A stretch of DNA of 64,000 nucleotides from an uncultured Flavobacteriales bacterium (GCA_937129365.1 CAKZNB010000005.1:1021-65020); one strand, 5' to 3'. Positions 22,665 to 35,527 are shown, numbered from the stretch's first letter. Program-made: numbers and translations. The notes: generated by a model not told the origin, from the letters alone.

Positions 22665-24148
22665 ACTCTCACAAGTGTTTGGACGAATGCAATGGATTTT
22701 TTCATCTCTACATGCAGTTCTACGTCATTTTCAATAAAAGGAATTTTCTCTCTATATACTTGCTTTAAATTCTCAATAGCAACAGAAGATTTTTTATCTT
22801 TTCTAAACTCTAATGCTTGAAAACCAGCTAACAACTCTATCCCCAACACCTTTTCTAAATTTTCAAAAACCTTATAACATTTGGTTGCAGCATTGGCACC
22901 CATACTCACATGATCTTCCTGTCCGTTGGAGGAATCAATAGAGTCAACAACAGCTGGTGTGCAAAGTTGCTTATTCTGGCTCACAATACCAGCGGCAGTG
23001 TATTGCGGAATCATAAAACCTGAATTAAGACCTGGTTTGTTAACCAGAAAAGCTGGCAAACCTCTGTAACCAAAATTCAATTTATAGACTCTTCTTTCAG
23101 AAATACTGGCTAGCTCAGCGAGTGCCAAAGCCAATGAATCTAAAGCAATGGCTAAAGGTTGACCATGAAAATTTCCTCCAGAAATGATAATATCTTCATC
23201 AGGAAAAATAGTAGGATTGTCTGTAACGGAATTTATTTCCGTTTCAAAAACTTGAGTTGCATAGTCAATCATATCCTTTGAAGCCCCATGAACTTGAGGA
23301 ATACAACGCAAACAATAAGGATCTTGAACATCTAATTTTTCGTTTTCAAAAATTTCACTTCCTTCAAGGAAATTTAATACATTCCTTGCTGTTTCTGCCT
23401 GTCCTTTTTGATTACGAACCTTATGAATCAAAGGATTGAAAGGGGATTTATGTCCATTATACCCTTCAATTGATACGCATGCAACCAAATCAGCAATGGA
23501 TTTATATTTGTTTGCATACATCAAAATATACACTCCAAATGCTTGCATAAACTGTGTTCCATTTAATAAGGCTAATCCTTCTTTCGATTGTAATTGAACA
23601 GGTTTCAACCCTAATTCATTCAATACATCCATCGAGTTTCTTCTTTGTCCTTTGTAATAAACTTCACCTAATCCAATTAATATAAGTGAGACGTGAGCCA
23701 AAGGTGCTAAATCTCCACTTGCTCCTAAAGAACCTTGAGAATACACAATTGGATATACTTGATTATTAAATAGTTCAATTAATAAACTTAAAGTATCAAT
23801 TGAAATTCCCGAATGACCGTAAGAGAGTCCTTGAATCTTCAAAAGAAGCATAATTCTTACAATTTCTCGTGGGATTTCGTCCCCCAATCCACAAGCATGA
23901 GATTTTACTAAATTATGTTGAAGCTCTCCTAATTCTTCTGCTGAAATAACCGTGTTACACAAAGAACCAAATCCAGTATTGATTCCATAAATCACTTCAT
24001 TTCCAGAAGCCATTTTATTATCTAAATATGTTCTACACTTAACTACTTTTTCTTTTGATTCATCCGACAAAAAAAGTTTTTTGTTATTCTGAATAATATC
24101 TTCTATCGTAGATAGGGTAATCGTTTTGGATGAAATATGATGTTCCAT
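22661..24148 (-). CDS. hutH: Histidine ammonia-lyase
   Basis: MIO-forming motif GSLGASGDLAPLAH, with full-length HAL-like organisation. Confidence 0.9.
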   Translation of the reverse strand: MEHHISSKTITLSTIEDIIQNNKKLFLSDESKEKVVKCRTYLDNKMASGNEVIYGINTGFGSLCNTVISAEELGELQHNLVKSHACGLGDEIPREIVRIMLLLKIQGLSYGHSGISIDTLSLLIELFNNQVYPIVYSQGSLGASGDLAPLAHVSLILIGLGEVYYKGQRRNSMDVLNELGLKPVQLQSKEGLALLNGTQFMQAFGVYILMYANKYKSIADLVACVSIEGYNGHKSPFNPLIHKVRNQKGQAETARNVLNFLEGSEIFENEKLDVQDPYCLRCIPQVHGASKDMIDYATQVFETEINSVTDNPTIFPDEDIIISGGNFHGQPLAIALDSLALALAELASISERRVYKLNFGYRGLPAFLVNKPGLNSGFMIPQYTAAGIVSQNKQLCTPAVVDSIDSSNGQEDHVSMGANAATKCYKVFENLEKVLGIELLAGFQALEFRKDKKSSVAIENLKQVYREKIPFIENDVELHVEMKKSIAFVQTLVRV

Positions 24149-24154
24149 ATTAAT

Positions 24155-25531
24155 TTAAAAGTCTGATTTATTAAAGAATTTGACAAGCTGTACAATGGAA
24201 TACGAATTTTGCTCACCCGATTCCATATTTTTTACCAATATTTCTTGATTTTTCATTTCGTTTTCTCCTACCAATGCAACAAATGGAATGTTTTTGTTAT
24301 TGGCATAGTTCATTTGTTTTTTCAATTTGTGAGAATCTGGATATAATTCGGACGAAATTCCATTATCTCTCAATCTCTTGAGCCAAATAGCTGACTGAAA
24401 GGCTTCTTCCTCACCAAAATTAGCAAACATTAATTGGGTCGAAGCTTCTAATTCTGTTGGGAATAAGTTTAGTTCTTCCAATACATCATAAATTCTATCT
24501 GCACCAAAAGAAATTCCAACTCCAGATAAATTTTTCATCCCAAAAATACCAGTTAAATCATCATAACGTCCACCACCACATATACTTCCGATATTTACAC
24601 CGTTAGCTTTTACTTCAAATATTGCTCCTGTGTAATAGTTTAATCCCCTTGCCAACGATGGATCAAATTCAAGTTTAGCATTTGACAATCCAAGTTTTTC
24701 AATCATATCAAGAACTGAAGTCAATTCTTCTATTCCTTTCGCTCCTATTTCAGAACTAGAAACAATTGTTTTAATTGCTTTCAAAACATCTTTGTTGCTT
24801 CCAGTAATTGACAAAAGTGGTTTCAACTTTTCAATAGCAAATTCAGACACTTTTCTTTCTCTAAGTTCTTTTACTACTCCTTCCTCTCCTATCTTGTCCA
24901 ATTTATCAATCGCTACTGTTATCGGAATTAATTTGTCAGCCTCACCTACAACTTCTGCTAATCCGCTTAATATCTTTCTATTATTAATTTTGATTGTAAA
25001 ATCTTCTAATCTCAATCCTGAAAGAACTTCATCAAATATTTGAATCAATTCCACTTCATACAAAAGTGAATCACTTCCTACCACATCCACATCACATTGG
25101 TAAAACTCACGATATCTTCCTCTTTGCGGTCTATCAGCTCTCCAAACAGGCTGTATTTGGTATCGTTTGAAAGGAAAGCTTAATTCATTTTGATTCTGTA
25201 CAACAAATCTTGCAAATGGAACTGTAAGGTCGTAACGCAGGGCTTTTTCGGAGATTGAATTTGCAAATCGCACATTATTTTCCTCAGAAAAAGAATCTTT
25301 ATCCGATTTTTTTAAATACTCTCCAGAATTCAACACTCTAAAAATTAATCTATCTCCTTCTTCTCCATACTTTCCCATCAAAGTTTCGGTCTTTTCCATA
25401 GCAGGGGTTTCGATTGGGAGATACCCATATTTTTGAAAAACCGATTTAATGGAATCAAAAATATAATTTCTTCTTCTCATTTCGTGAGGCAGAAAATCTC
25501 TCGTTCCTTTTGGTATGGAAGGTTTAGACAT
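24155..25531 (-). CDS. hisS: Histidine--tRNA ligase
   Basis: Class II motifs ([14 protein letters not shown]...REFYQCD, GGGRYD) and a C-terminal anticodon-binding domain. Confidence 0.9.
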   Translation of the reverse strand: MSKPSIPKGTRDFLPHEMRRRNYIFDSIKSVFQKYGYLPIETPAMEKTETLMGKYGEEGDRLIFRVLNSGEYLKKSDKDSFSEENNVRFANSISEKALRYDLTVPFARFVVQNQNELSFPFKRYQIQPVWRADRPQRGRYREFYQCDVDVVGSDSLLYEVELIQIFDEVLSGLRLEDFTIKINNRKILSGLAEVVGEADKLIPITVAIDKLDKIGEEGVVKELRERKVSEFAIEKLKPLLSITGSNKDVLKAIKTIVSSSEIGAKGIEELTSVLDMIEKLGLSNAKLEFDPSLARGLNYYTGAIFEVKANGVNIGSICGGGRYDDLTGIFGMKNLSGVGISFGADRIYDVLEELNLFPTELEASTQLMFANFGEEEAFQSAIWLKRLRDNGISSELYPDSHKLKKQMNYANNKNIPFVALVGENEMKNQEILVKNMESGEQNSYSIVQLVKFFNKSDF

Positions 25532-25643
25532 GTTAACTGTGTTGGTTATTAGTTAGACTAACAAAAATAGGAATAATTGTGGGTTTTGCCATATATAGTT
25601 TCAAAGCTTGAAAAAAATATTCAAAATCAAACTCTCTTAAAAC

Positions 25644-25681
25644 CAAAAAAAGCCTCACAATAAAATTGTAAGGCTTTTTTA
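25644..25681 (-). terminator. Rho-independent terminator after tRNA-Pro
   Basis: 11-bp stem agcctcacaat/attgtaaggct (a G-U pair on the minus-strand RNA), followed on the minus strand by TTTTTTT. Confidence 0.75.
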
Positions 25682-25685
25682 TTTG

Positions 25686-25760
25686 TCGGGGTGGCAGGAT
25701 TCGAACCTGCGACCTCCACGTCCCAAACGTGGCGCGATAACCGGGCTACGCTACACCCCG
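25686..25760 (-). tRNA. tRNA-Pro (anticodon UGG)
   Basis: The reverse complement gives cggggtg-ta-gcgtagcccggttatcgc...ccacg-ttTGGga-cgtgg...gcagg-ttcgaat-cctgc-caccccg-a. Confidence 0.9.
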
Positions 25761-25910
25761 AGTGTAGTATAAATTTTCTTAATCTTAGTTATAAAAACTC
25801 CCGATATTGAATTAAGAAATAATGTGATTTTTAGAACTTTTTCAATACATTTCTGTATTGAGATTGCAAATATAGAACTCTATTTTTATTCTGCAATACA
25901 AAATCGAAAT

Positions 25911-27863
<1,953 letters not shown>

Positions 27864-27894
27864 TTAGCTTAAAATTGTTAAATTCATTAAAGAA

Positions 27895-27902
27895 CAAATA
27901 TA
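27895..27902 (-). promoter_or_regulatory. Candidate Bacteroidota -7 promoter box (TATATTTG) for gyrB
   Basis: The minus strand matches the TAnnTTTG consensus ~35 nt upstream of the gyrB ATG. Confidence 0.35.
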
Positions 27903-28033
27903 ACCAATTTGCCTACCAATAAGAAGCTAAAAGGGTTGACTTTTCAACAATTTAACCCCTTATTTTTACTGAATTTGTTGATAAATTATTAATCAAGAAA
28001 TAATGACTATTTATTCCTAGAAAAAGGGTGGAA

Positions 28034-29281
28034 TTAAGCTTTTCTTTTTAAAGTAATTTCTGTGATTTCTGGTTTGATTCCAACTCTACCCGGAAAGCCA
28101 ATATGACCAAAACCTCTGTTTACATATAAATATTGATTTTGCTTCTTGTACAAGCCTGCCCATTTTTTATATCGAAGCGATACAGGACTCCATTTAAAAC
28201 CTGGTAACTCAATACCCATTTGCATACCATGAGTATGCCCACTGAGTGTTAAATGAATTTTTTGAGAGTGATTTAACACAATATCTTCCCAGTGATGGGG
28301 ATCGTGAGACAAAAGAATATTCAAATTTTTAGATTCTATTCCTTCAATAGCTTTATTTAAATTTCCTTTTGGAGGAAAAGGAGGTCTTCCCCAATTCTCA
28401 ACTCCAACAAGGTTTATTGAAGAATTATCGATTGTTATTTGCCTATTCTCATTTTCCAATAAATCAAATCCTATTGATCGATGATGATTTCTTATTCTTT
28501 GCTCATTATCAGACTTTTCCTGCTCACTACCCCATTTATAATACAACCCATAATCATGATTACCAAGTATTGAAAACTTCCCGTGTTTAGCTGAAAGATT
28601 ACTTAAATAAGGGATGAATTTATCAAATTCTTCAGAAGTATTATTTACCAAATCACCAGTAAAAAGAATTAAATCAGGGTTTAGATTTTGGATTTTATTC
28701 AACCCTAGTTTAACCTCCTCTAAATCATCTAAACTTCCTGCATGAAAGTCTGAAAATTGCACAATTTTAAACCCATCAAATTCTTTGGGTAAGTCATCAA
28801 ATTCAAGTGTTTCTTTAAACACAGTAAAATCATATCTGGTTTTGAACATTCCATATAAGAAAGAAGCAAATGGAATTGCTGCTACCCCAAGTCCTATTTG
28901 GGTTATTGCTTTTCTCCTTGATGGGAAATCAACACCGTTTTCTGAACTAAAAAAGGAAAAAATCCATCTAAAAATTCGAGTTACATCTTCAAAAAACAAA
29001 ATTGAGATAAACACTAATTTTGCCACAGCAAATGTTACAAATAATCCCATTAATAAATTTACGGGTTTAGTTGTTTGAGAAAGTCCATGTCCTAAATTAC
29101 TTGATGTGTAAATTAATGAGATGGCTATAAAAAGAGCTATAATAAGCTGTATTGCAAGTGCAATAAATAATTGATTACCAGAATAAACAGATCTTAATAT
29201 AAAGAATATATAAACTTCGACTAAGATTAAAAAAAAGATGATAAAATTTAGCATAGAACTATGACGACCAATTAATTTCAA
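28034..29281 (-). CDS. Membrane-anchored metallophosphoesterase
   Basis: About 5 N-terminal TM helices, then the calcineurin-like motifs FSDFHAG, GDLVN, GNHD and SGHTHG. Confidence 0.85.
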   Translation of the reverse strand: MKLIGRHSSMLNFIIFFLILVEVYIFFILRSVYSGNQLFIALAIQLIIALFIAISLIYTSSNLGHGLSQTTKPVNLLMGLFVTFAVAKLVFISILFFEDVTRIFRWIFSFFSSENGVDFPSRRKAITQIGLGVAAIPFASFLYGMFKTRYDFTVFKETLEFDDLPKEFDGFKIVQFSDFHAGSLDDLEEVKLGLNKIQNLNPDLILFTGDLVNNTSEEFDKFIPYLSNLSAKHGKFSILGNHDYGLYYKWGSEQEKSDNEQRIRNHHRSIGFDLLENENRQITIDNSSINLVGVENWGRPPFPPKGNLNKAIEGIESKNLNILLSHDPHHWEDIVLNHSQKIHLTLSGHTHGMQMGIELPGFKWSPVSLRYKKWAGLYKKQNQYLYVNRGFGHIGFPGRVGIKPEITEITLKRKA

Positions 29282-29283
29282 CC

Positions 29284-30216
29284 TTACTTAGATTTAAAAG
29301 TATCAATGTGTCTTTCTGTTTTAGATTTATGCATATCGGCAATAGTTACTAAAATACCTGTTTCTTCTACTCCACCAAAATCAGGATTACTTGCTGTTCC
29401 AAAGGTTTTCATGGTGTCAGAAAGATTCATGTACGAATTGATAAGTGGAGGAATTCTTTCTCCTCTTTCTTTTAATTCTGCTCCTAATAATTTATGAGCT
29501 TCTTTGTACTCCAATCCTTCAATAGATTCTATAAAGGCTGATGTGTCATAATTTATTTCAAGTGAATGGATTGGCAAAACTAGATTATCTTTATCAGGAA
29601 AATATTGATTCATAAATGAAAGCAAGATGTCTCTGGCTTCTGAATTATAATCAGTATACATGGTTACTTTACCAAAAAAGTAATTTACTTCAGGATTTAA
29701 GACAATTAAAGCTCCTAATCCATCCCATAAATTATCTAAGGTAAAAAGTCCTTTTCTGTTAGTTGCTGATGGCTGATAATCGGGCTGAACCCATGATCTT
29801 CCCAATTCAATTGTGGTAGGTAAATAGTTATTTATAAATTTCTCAGAAAAATTAAAATAATGTTTAGTTGATAAATCTAATTTTTCTAAGTTTTGATCAG
29901 TTTTTGTACAATCAAAAAAACGATATCCTCCTAAAATTTCCTTATCTTCTGGTGACCAAACGATAAGCTGGTCATAATTATTTTCACAAATATCCAATTC
30001 ATCAATATCAACAGGTTCGCCTGTTCCACCTCCTGCAGAGGCAAATGTTACTTCTCTCAATCTCCCAATTTCTTTCATCACATTTGGTGAATCATGGTGA
30101 TTGATAATATAAATTTCGTTTTCTCCTTTATTGGTTTTTCTAACAAACTTATTATTTGATAATTCTTCCTTAATAAGGTCTCTAGAAATAGGTGAAATGA
30201 TATAACTTAAATCCAT
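29284..30216 (-). CDS. Hemolysin-like GNAT N-acyltransferase (OlsB/GlsB-type amino-acid lipid synthase)
   Basis: The block RLREVTFASAGGGTGEPVDIDELD...YDQLIVW is typical of the OlsB/GlsB (Acetyltransf_5) family. It lies adjacent to a PlsC-type acyltransferase. Confidence 0.7.
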   Translation of the reverse strand: MDLSYIISPISRDLIKEELSNNKFVRKTNKGENEIYIINHHDSPNVMKEIGRLREVTFASAGGGTGEPVDIDELDICENNYDQLIVWSPEDKEILGGYRFFDCTKTDQNLEKLDLSTKHYFNFSEKFINNYLPTTIELGRSWVQPDYQPSATNRKGLFTLDNLWDGLGALIVLNPEVNYFFGKVTMYTDYNSEARDILLSFMNQYFPDKDNLVLPIHSLEINYDTSAFIESIEGLEYKEAHKLLGAELKERGERIPPLINSYMNLSDTMKTFGTASNPDFGGVEETGILVTIADMHKSKTERHIDTFKSK

Positions 30217-30232
30217 AAATGAAAATTAACAA

Positions 30233-31054
30233 TTATTGTAATGAATTTGGCAAATTGTAGGCAATATTTTTTATTTCTTCTGCAATTTGTTTGTCATTTT
30301 TATCAGAATTAAGTTTATTTAGCTCAATGGGTTCTCCAAAATATAGATGAAGTGACTTGTTTTTTTGTTTAAACATCTCATTAGCAAGATACAACATTTC
30401 AACATTTACCTTAATCCCTAATCTTTCTCTAAAGTTTGATAAACGATAAAAAAAGTTAGAAAGTTCTCCATCAATAAACACAGGAACTATTTTTTTATTC
30501 TCTTTTTTTGCTCTTGTAACGAATGTCTTTTTCCATTCTAAATCCCTTACCTTTCCTTTCTTTTTTCTACTAACCAAGCCAGCAGGAAATAGAAAAACTG
30601 CTTTATCCGAAGAGAATAATTCATTGACTTTTTGTAAAGACTCTTTAGCATTTGCCCCATGCTTATCTACTCCTACAAACATCCCTTTAAGATTACTTAA
30701 ATTAAGTAATAAATCATTGACTATGAACTTAATATCATCACGAATAGGGTTTACTTCTGTAACTATAGCCATTGCATCCATACCTCCTAATGGGTGATTA
30801 GAGGCAAAAATAACACCTTCGTTTTTAGGGATGTTCTCTAACCCATGAGAAACCACCTTTATATTAAATCTCTTGATAATGTCATCACAAAAATCTGCTC
30901 CGTATATATTCTCATTTTCATTAAGAATTTGATTTATTTCTTCTTGATGAATAATTTTTTTGAGATATTTAATGATAAATTTTGGAAGTCGCTTTAGCAA
31001 TTTTGGATTTTTGCTAGCAATTAAGCGTTCAATATCTATAAATTTCTCTTTCAT
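30233..31054 (-). CDS. Lysophospholipid/PlsC-family O-acyltransferase (OlsA/GlsA-type)
   Basis: HX4D motif (NHPLGGMD) and the FPAG block (FLFPAGLVSR). Confidence 0.75.
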   Translation of the reverse strand: MKEKFIDIERLIASKNPKLLKRLPKFIIKYLKKIIHQEEINQILNENENIYGADFCDDIIKRFNIKVVSHGLENIPKNEGVIFASNHPLGGMDAMAIVTEVNPIRDDIKFIVNDLLLNLSNLKGMFVGVDKHGANAKESLQKVNELFSSDKAVFLFPAGLVSRKKKGKVRDLEWKKTFVTRAKKENKKIVPVFIDGELSNFFYRLSNFRERLGIKVNVEMLYLANEMFKQKNKSLHLYFGEPIELNKLNSDKNDKQIAEEIKNIAYNLPNSLQ

Positions 31055-31075
31055 AAACTAAAGATAAAAAATAAT

Positions 31076-31876
31076 CTAATATGCCCTAATGCTATCAATT
31101 TTCACCTCTTGTTTTGGCCAATTATATTTGTCAACTTTAGTTCTTGAAATTTTATCTAACGTACCAAATCCACTAATCATTTCTCCAAAAACAGTGTAAT
31201 CTCTATCTAAGTGAGGAGCTCCACCAACAGTTGTATATATTTTTTTTTGACTCTCAGTATATTTCTTGCCATCATTTCTCTTTTTTGAAAAATAACTAAC
31301 ATTTATTTTTCTACCTTCTACAATATAAAAATTGATAGCACTAGATTTTTTACCAAAATCTTGCTCTTCCGTTGGAACAGCCATAGCAATTGCTCCTTTT
31401 TTATGAATATTATTACGATTTATTTCATTTGGAATTCTATATCTACCAATTGAACTAAATTTAATCCCCATTTGCTCATCGTCAGAGTTTCCTCCTTGAA
31501 TCATAAAATTGTCTATTATTCTATAAAATAAAGTGTTGTCATAAAATTTTAGTTTAGAAAGCATAATAAAATTTGCTCTATGAAGTGGTGTGTTTGTATA
31601 GAGGCGGAATTTCATTCTACCATGTTTTGTATAAATAACAACCACTCTTTCGGTATTAACATCGCCATACTCCGACAGTTTTTTTTCTACATTTCTGTTG
31701 GTGATAATTCTTTTTGCTAATTCATCAATTTGAAGTTGAATAGAGTCAATTTCAATTAATTCTTCATTTTTTTCGATAATATCCGTTGATTGAGAAATTT
31801 GAGGCAATTCATTTTCACCACAATTATAGAGTGTAGAGATCAAAATTAAAGATAGAAAGTAGTAGAATAATTTCAT
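31076..31876 (-). CDS. Cyclophilin-type peptidyl-prolyl isomerase, secreted
   Basis: Signal peptide, plus FYRIIDNFMIQGG and the HLD..YTVFGE blocks. Confidence 0.85.
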   Translation of the reverse strand: MKLFYYFLSLILISTLYNCGENELPQISQSTDIIEKNEELIEIDSIQLQIDELAKRIITNRNVEKKLSEYGDVNTERVVVIYTKHGRMKFRLYTNTPLHRANFIMLSKLKFYDNTLFYRIIDNFMIQGGNSDDEQMGIKFSSIGRYRIPNEINRNNIHKKGAIAMAVPTEEQDFGKKSSAINFYIVEGRKINVSYFSKKRNDGKKYTESQKKIYTTVGGAPHLDRDYTVFGEMISGFGTLDKISRTKVDKYNWPKQEVKIDSIRAY

Positions 31877-31902
31877 GAATCGGGATAAAGAAAAGATTAC
31901 AT

Positions 31903-32008
31903 AAAAAATGGCAAGCTACTCATATCGCACCGCTACAACCACCTACCCTTGCTACGTTCCCGTCCTGGGGGATTCAGTAGGAGCTGGTCGTATGAGACTT
32001 GCCACTGC
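31903..32008 (-). ncRNA. ffs: Signal recognition particle RNA (small 4.5S-type)
   Basis: The minus-strand RNA folds into one long hairpin (GGCAAG..CUCAUA.. / ..UAUGAG..CUUGCC). Its apex is CCAGG-ACG-GGAA-CGU-AGCA-AGGG, which is a GGAA tetraloop flanked by the conserved domain IV AGG/AGCA loop. It ends in a U-run. Confidence 0.7.
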
Positions 32009-32214
32009 AAATATACAACTTGACTATGTATAAGCAAATTTTACATCATAACTTTTTTGTTTTTTCTGATTGAACAATTGATAGTTAATATTTGTACTCG
32101 TTTTTTGTTAATATATTAAGAATAAATTGTTATTTTTAACATTAGTTTTTGGCAACCAATAAGAAATATTGCTCGTTAATTGTAAAACTATTAAAGATAA
32201 TTGAAACAACTTTT

Positions 32215-35200
32215 ATGAAAAAGAAAATACTCCCCTTACTAATAATTTTATTTTTAGGAATTCAAAGCTTTGCTTCGCACTTTGCCGGAGGGAATATTTA
32301 CTACGATTGTTTAGGAAATAACCAGTACCGTTTATGGGCTGAAATTACACTGGATTGTGGAGGAGCTTCCAATCCAACCACACTTCCTATTACTCCAACT
32401 AACACTTGTGGTTTAACAAATCCTACTATTAGCTTACCTCTTGTAAATACTTTGACAAAAAATGTATCGCAAGTATGCTTTAGAGATAGTATGAATACTA
32501 GTTGTATTAATTCAAGTAATACATTGCAAGGAAGAAGAAGATATATTTATTCTGCTGTAGTAACTCTACCACCTTGTAATAATTGGACTTTTGGTTGGTC
32601 TTCTTGTTGTAGAAATGGAGGTGCAGGTGGTGTAGTAAATCTTACAGCTGCTGGAAATATATATTTGGAAACAAAAATGTATAGTGCAAATGATTCATGT
32701 AATAATTCAGTAAGATATACAGGGGTTCAAAACCCTTATGTATGTATTAATCAGCCTGCTAGTTACAATTTTGGAGCTTTTGATCCTGATGGAGATAGCT
32801 TGTCTTATGTACTAATTCCTGCAAAATTAGCTGCAGCTACGAATGCAGCATATAACGCTCCTTATTCTGGACAAAATCCAATAAATGGAATTTTATTAGA
32901 TAGTGCTACTGGAACTATCACTTTTACACCTAATGCACTTGGTTCATTTGTAGTAGTAGTTATGGTTTCTGAGTGGGACAGTGCAGGTAATTTACTTGCA
33001 ACAACCATGAGAGATATACAAATAGTTGTATATAATTGTGCGGCAAATATTGCTCCAGATCCAGCCTTAACTTCATTATTCAACTTAAGAGGTCAAGGTA
33101 CAATTGCAGGGTCCAAATTATTAGAGGTATGTGAAGGTGACACATTCTGTGTTGATTTTCAAGTATATGACTCTAATGCAATGGATACTTTAACACTTTG
33201 GAGTACAAATATTAGTTCTGTTCTGCCAGGAGCAACATTATCATATACTGGAACAAATCCAATAACTGGAACAATATGCTGGACTGTTCCAACTAATGCG
33301 GCTTCTAATAGTTCTGTAAGTTTAACAGTTGATGATGGACATTGTCCAATTCCGGCAAGAGCTTCTTTTAGTATTTCCATTAAAGTGATTAAAAGTACTT
33401 ATGCTTCCCCTGATGTAACTATATGTTTGGGAGATAGTACACAATTATCTGCCTCTGGTGGTAATAGATTTACATGGACAACTATTTCTGGGCCAGCTAT
33501 TAATTTAGGAACAAACTTTGATTGTGATACCTGTAACCCAGCAATGGCAAAGCCTAATGCTACTACTATTTATGAAGTTACTAGTGATTTATCTGGAGGA
33601 TGTAAAAATAAAGATACTGTGGCCGTTACTGTTGCATCTAATTTTACCTATTCTTTAACTCAAACAGGAACTGCTAGTTGTAAATTAGATCCTATTAATT
33701 TCAACATCACACCATTAGTTCCAGATACTTATACATACTTATGGACTCCTGCATCAATGCTTAGTGGAAATAATATTCCAAATCCCACTTTGAATCCTAC
33801 GCAATCAGGTTTATTTACTTACGTAATTACTGCTACAAATTCACAAGGATGTGTAAAATATGATACAGTAAGTGTTTATGTATCAAATGGAGTAAAACCA
33901 TCAATAAAAGCAAATACCGATAAGGATACAGTAAAATGTAATGATATTGCAAATTTATCTGCATGGGTAGATACTGCTGCTTCTGTAAGTAACTTAGAAG
34001 ATGATTTTGATAATGCATTAAGTCCATTTGCTTTTGTAAGTAACATAACTGGTGGAGCAATTGGAAACGGATGTGGAGCAAACTCTCCGCCTAATTCATT
34101 AAATTTTAATGGTTTTGGTGCTAGAGAATTAAGAACATCATCTATTCAAGTTGGTAGTTGTTCACAAGTTACTTATTCTATTAGATTGGGTAACTCATCA
34201 TCAGGATTTGCTTGTGACAATGTTGAAAGTACAGACCCTGTTTACTTCCAATATTCAACCAATAACGGGACAACTTGGGTAAATTTAAGAACACATACTT
34301 ATTTAGGTTGGTTAGTAAGTTTTGGATGGCAAACATTTACTTCTCCTGTTCCTACAGGAGCTACTAACATTATTTTTAGATGGCACCAACCTGCAAATGG
34401 TGGTCCTGGTCAAGACAACTGGGCATTAGACGATATAAGAATAGATTGTAGTTCTTTAAATAATTATGCATATAGTTGGACTCCAACTGCTAGTTTAGGA
34501 ACTCCTAATTCTCCTAACACTACAGCACAGCCTCAAGTTGGTACAAATTATCAATTAATAGTTACAGATACAACTGGTGGATGTTCAGATACAACTTATG
34601 TATATGTTGAGGCTTCAACTGATTACCCAGATATTGATGTTACAATAGATACTACTAATGGTTGTGAGCCTGTTACTGTAACATTTACAAATAATACTGA
34701 TCCATCAAGAATTGGGACAATTGAATGGGATTTTGGAGACGGTAACACGAGTACATCATTAACAAATCCTATGATACACACTTATACATCAAATGGGACG
34801 TATTCGGTGTATGTAAAAATTACTTCGCCAAATGGATGTGTTTCGGATACAACTTATACTAATCTAGTAGAAGTATATGATATTCCGGTTGCTTTTTTCA
34901 ATGCTAATCCTCAACCAACAAATATTTCTAACACTAATATTAATTTTACTGATTTGTCAAGTAGTTTTGTAAACCAATGGACATGGGATTTTGGAATAAA
35001 CTTGCCAGGTTTCCCTACAACATCAAATTTACGTAACCCTAGTATTAAATATCCAGATGTAAATAGTGGTGTATATCCAGTAACTCTTATTGTGGGATCA
35101 CCTCAAGGTTGCTATGACACGATTACTAAAGATGTAATTATTGATGGATTATACACTCTTTATTTACCAAGCTCATTTACACCTAATGGAGATGGACTTA

Positions 35201-35454
35201 ACGAAGAATTTGGTCCTAGTGGAGAGAAAATTTCACCTGATAATTATAAGTTCATGATATTCAACAGATGGGGTGAATTAATGTTTACAACAACAGACAT
35301 TAATGAAAAGTGGAATGGTAAAAAGAATAATTCTGGAGATTTATTACCTGAAGGAACATATGTATGGAGAGTTCTTGCAACTGATGGTAATAGTGGTGAA
35401 GAACATGAATACATTGGTCATGTAATTATGTTAAGAAAACAAATTCAAGAGTAA
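32215..35454 (+). CDS. Large secreted protein with a PKD domain and a gliding-motility-associated (T9SS type B, CHU_C-like) C-terminal domain
   Basis: The start is set at the ATG at 32215 (MKKKILPLLIILFLGIQSFA signal peptide). PKD block: WDFGDGNTS...HTYTSNGTYSVYV. C-terminus: LYLPSSFTPNGDGLNEEF...FNRWGELMF...WNGK...GTYVW. Confidence 0.8.
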   Translation: MKKKILPLLIILFLGIQSFASHFAGGNIYYDCLGNNQYRLWAEITLDCGGASNPTTLPITPTNTCGLTNPTISLPLVNTLTKNVSQVCFRDSMNTSCINSSNTLQGRRRYIYSAVVTLPPCNNWTFGWSSCCRNGGAGGVVNLTAAGNIYLETKMYSANDSCNNSVRYTGVQNPYVCINQPASYNFGAFDPDGDSLSYVLIPAKLAAATNAAYNAPYSGQNPINGILLDSATGTITFTPNALGSFVVVVMVSEWDSAGNLLATTMRDIQIVVYNCAANIAPDPALTSLFNLRGQGTIAGSKLLEVCEGDTFCVDFQVYDSNAMDTLTLWSTNISSVLPGATLSYTGTNPITGTICWTVPTNAASNSSVSLTVDDGHCPIPARASFSISIKVIKSTYASPDVTICLGDSTQLSASGGNRFTWTTISGPAINLGTNFDCDTCNPAMAKPNATTIYEVTSDLSGGCKNKDTVAVTVASNFTYSLTQTGTASCKLDPINFNITPLVPDTYTYLWTPASMLSGNNIPNPTLNPTQSGLFTYVITATNSQGCVKYDTVSVYVSNGVKPSIKANTDKDTVKCNDIANLSAWVDTAASVSNLEDDFDNALSPFAFVSNITGGAIGNGCGANSPPNSLNFNGFGARELRTSSIQVGSCSQVTYSIRLGNSSSGFACDNVESTDPVYFQYSTNNGTTWVNLRTHTYLGWLVSFGWQTFTSPVPTGATNIIFRWHQPANGGPGQDNWALDDIRIDCSSLNNYAYSWTPTASLGTPNSPNTTAQPQVGTNYQLIVTDTTGGCSDTTYVYVEASTDYPDIDVTIDTTNGCEPVTVTFTNNTDPSRIGTIEWDFGDGNTSTSLTNPMIHTYTSNGTYSVYVKITSPNGCVSDTTYTNLVEVYDIPVAFFNANPQPTNISNTNINFTDLSSSFVNQWTWDFGINLPGFPTTSNLRNPSIKYPDVNSGVYPVTLIVGSPQGCYDTITKDVIIDGLYTLYLPSSFTPNGDGLNEEFGPSGEKISPDNYKFMIFNRWGELMFTTTDINEKWNGKKNNSGDLLPEGTYVWRVLATDGNSGEEHEYIGHVIMLRKQIQE

Positions 35455-35496
35455 TAAAAAAGCTTGCTTAACTCTCTCTAAAAAGCTTTTTTTTTC

Positions 35497-35527
35497 AAGC
35501 TCCACAGCAATGTGGGGCTTGTTTTTT
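35497..35527 (+). terminator. Rho-independent terminator
   Basis: Stem aagctccaca/tgtggggctt with loop gcaa, followed by gTTTTTT. Confidence 0.75.

Noticed and set aside
22661-25531. Thematic clustering of histidine functions: hisS immediately upstream of hutH, and tRNA-His 1.7 kb from hutU.
   Set aside because: It is curious, but there is no sequence evidence for shared regulation (no T-box or attenuator seen). It could be coincidence or simple operon packing.
25761-25910. A hairpin (caatac-N6-gtattg) and other small repeats between gyrB and tRNA-Pro, considered as a possible sRNA or terminator.
   Set aside because: The stem is weak, and no U-run follows it in the gyrB orientation. The evidence is insufficient to call a feature.
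32149-32214. Upstream alternative starts from the ORF track: TTG 32149, 50391, 54679 and TTG 40209.
   Set aside because: In each case a downstream ATG gives a canonical signal peptide or a conserved N-terminus. The extensions add non-signal residues.
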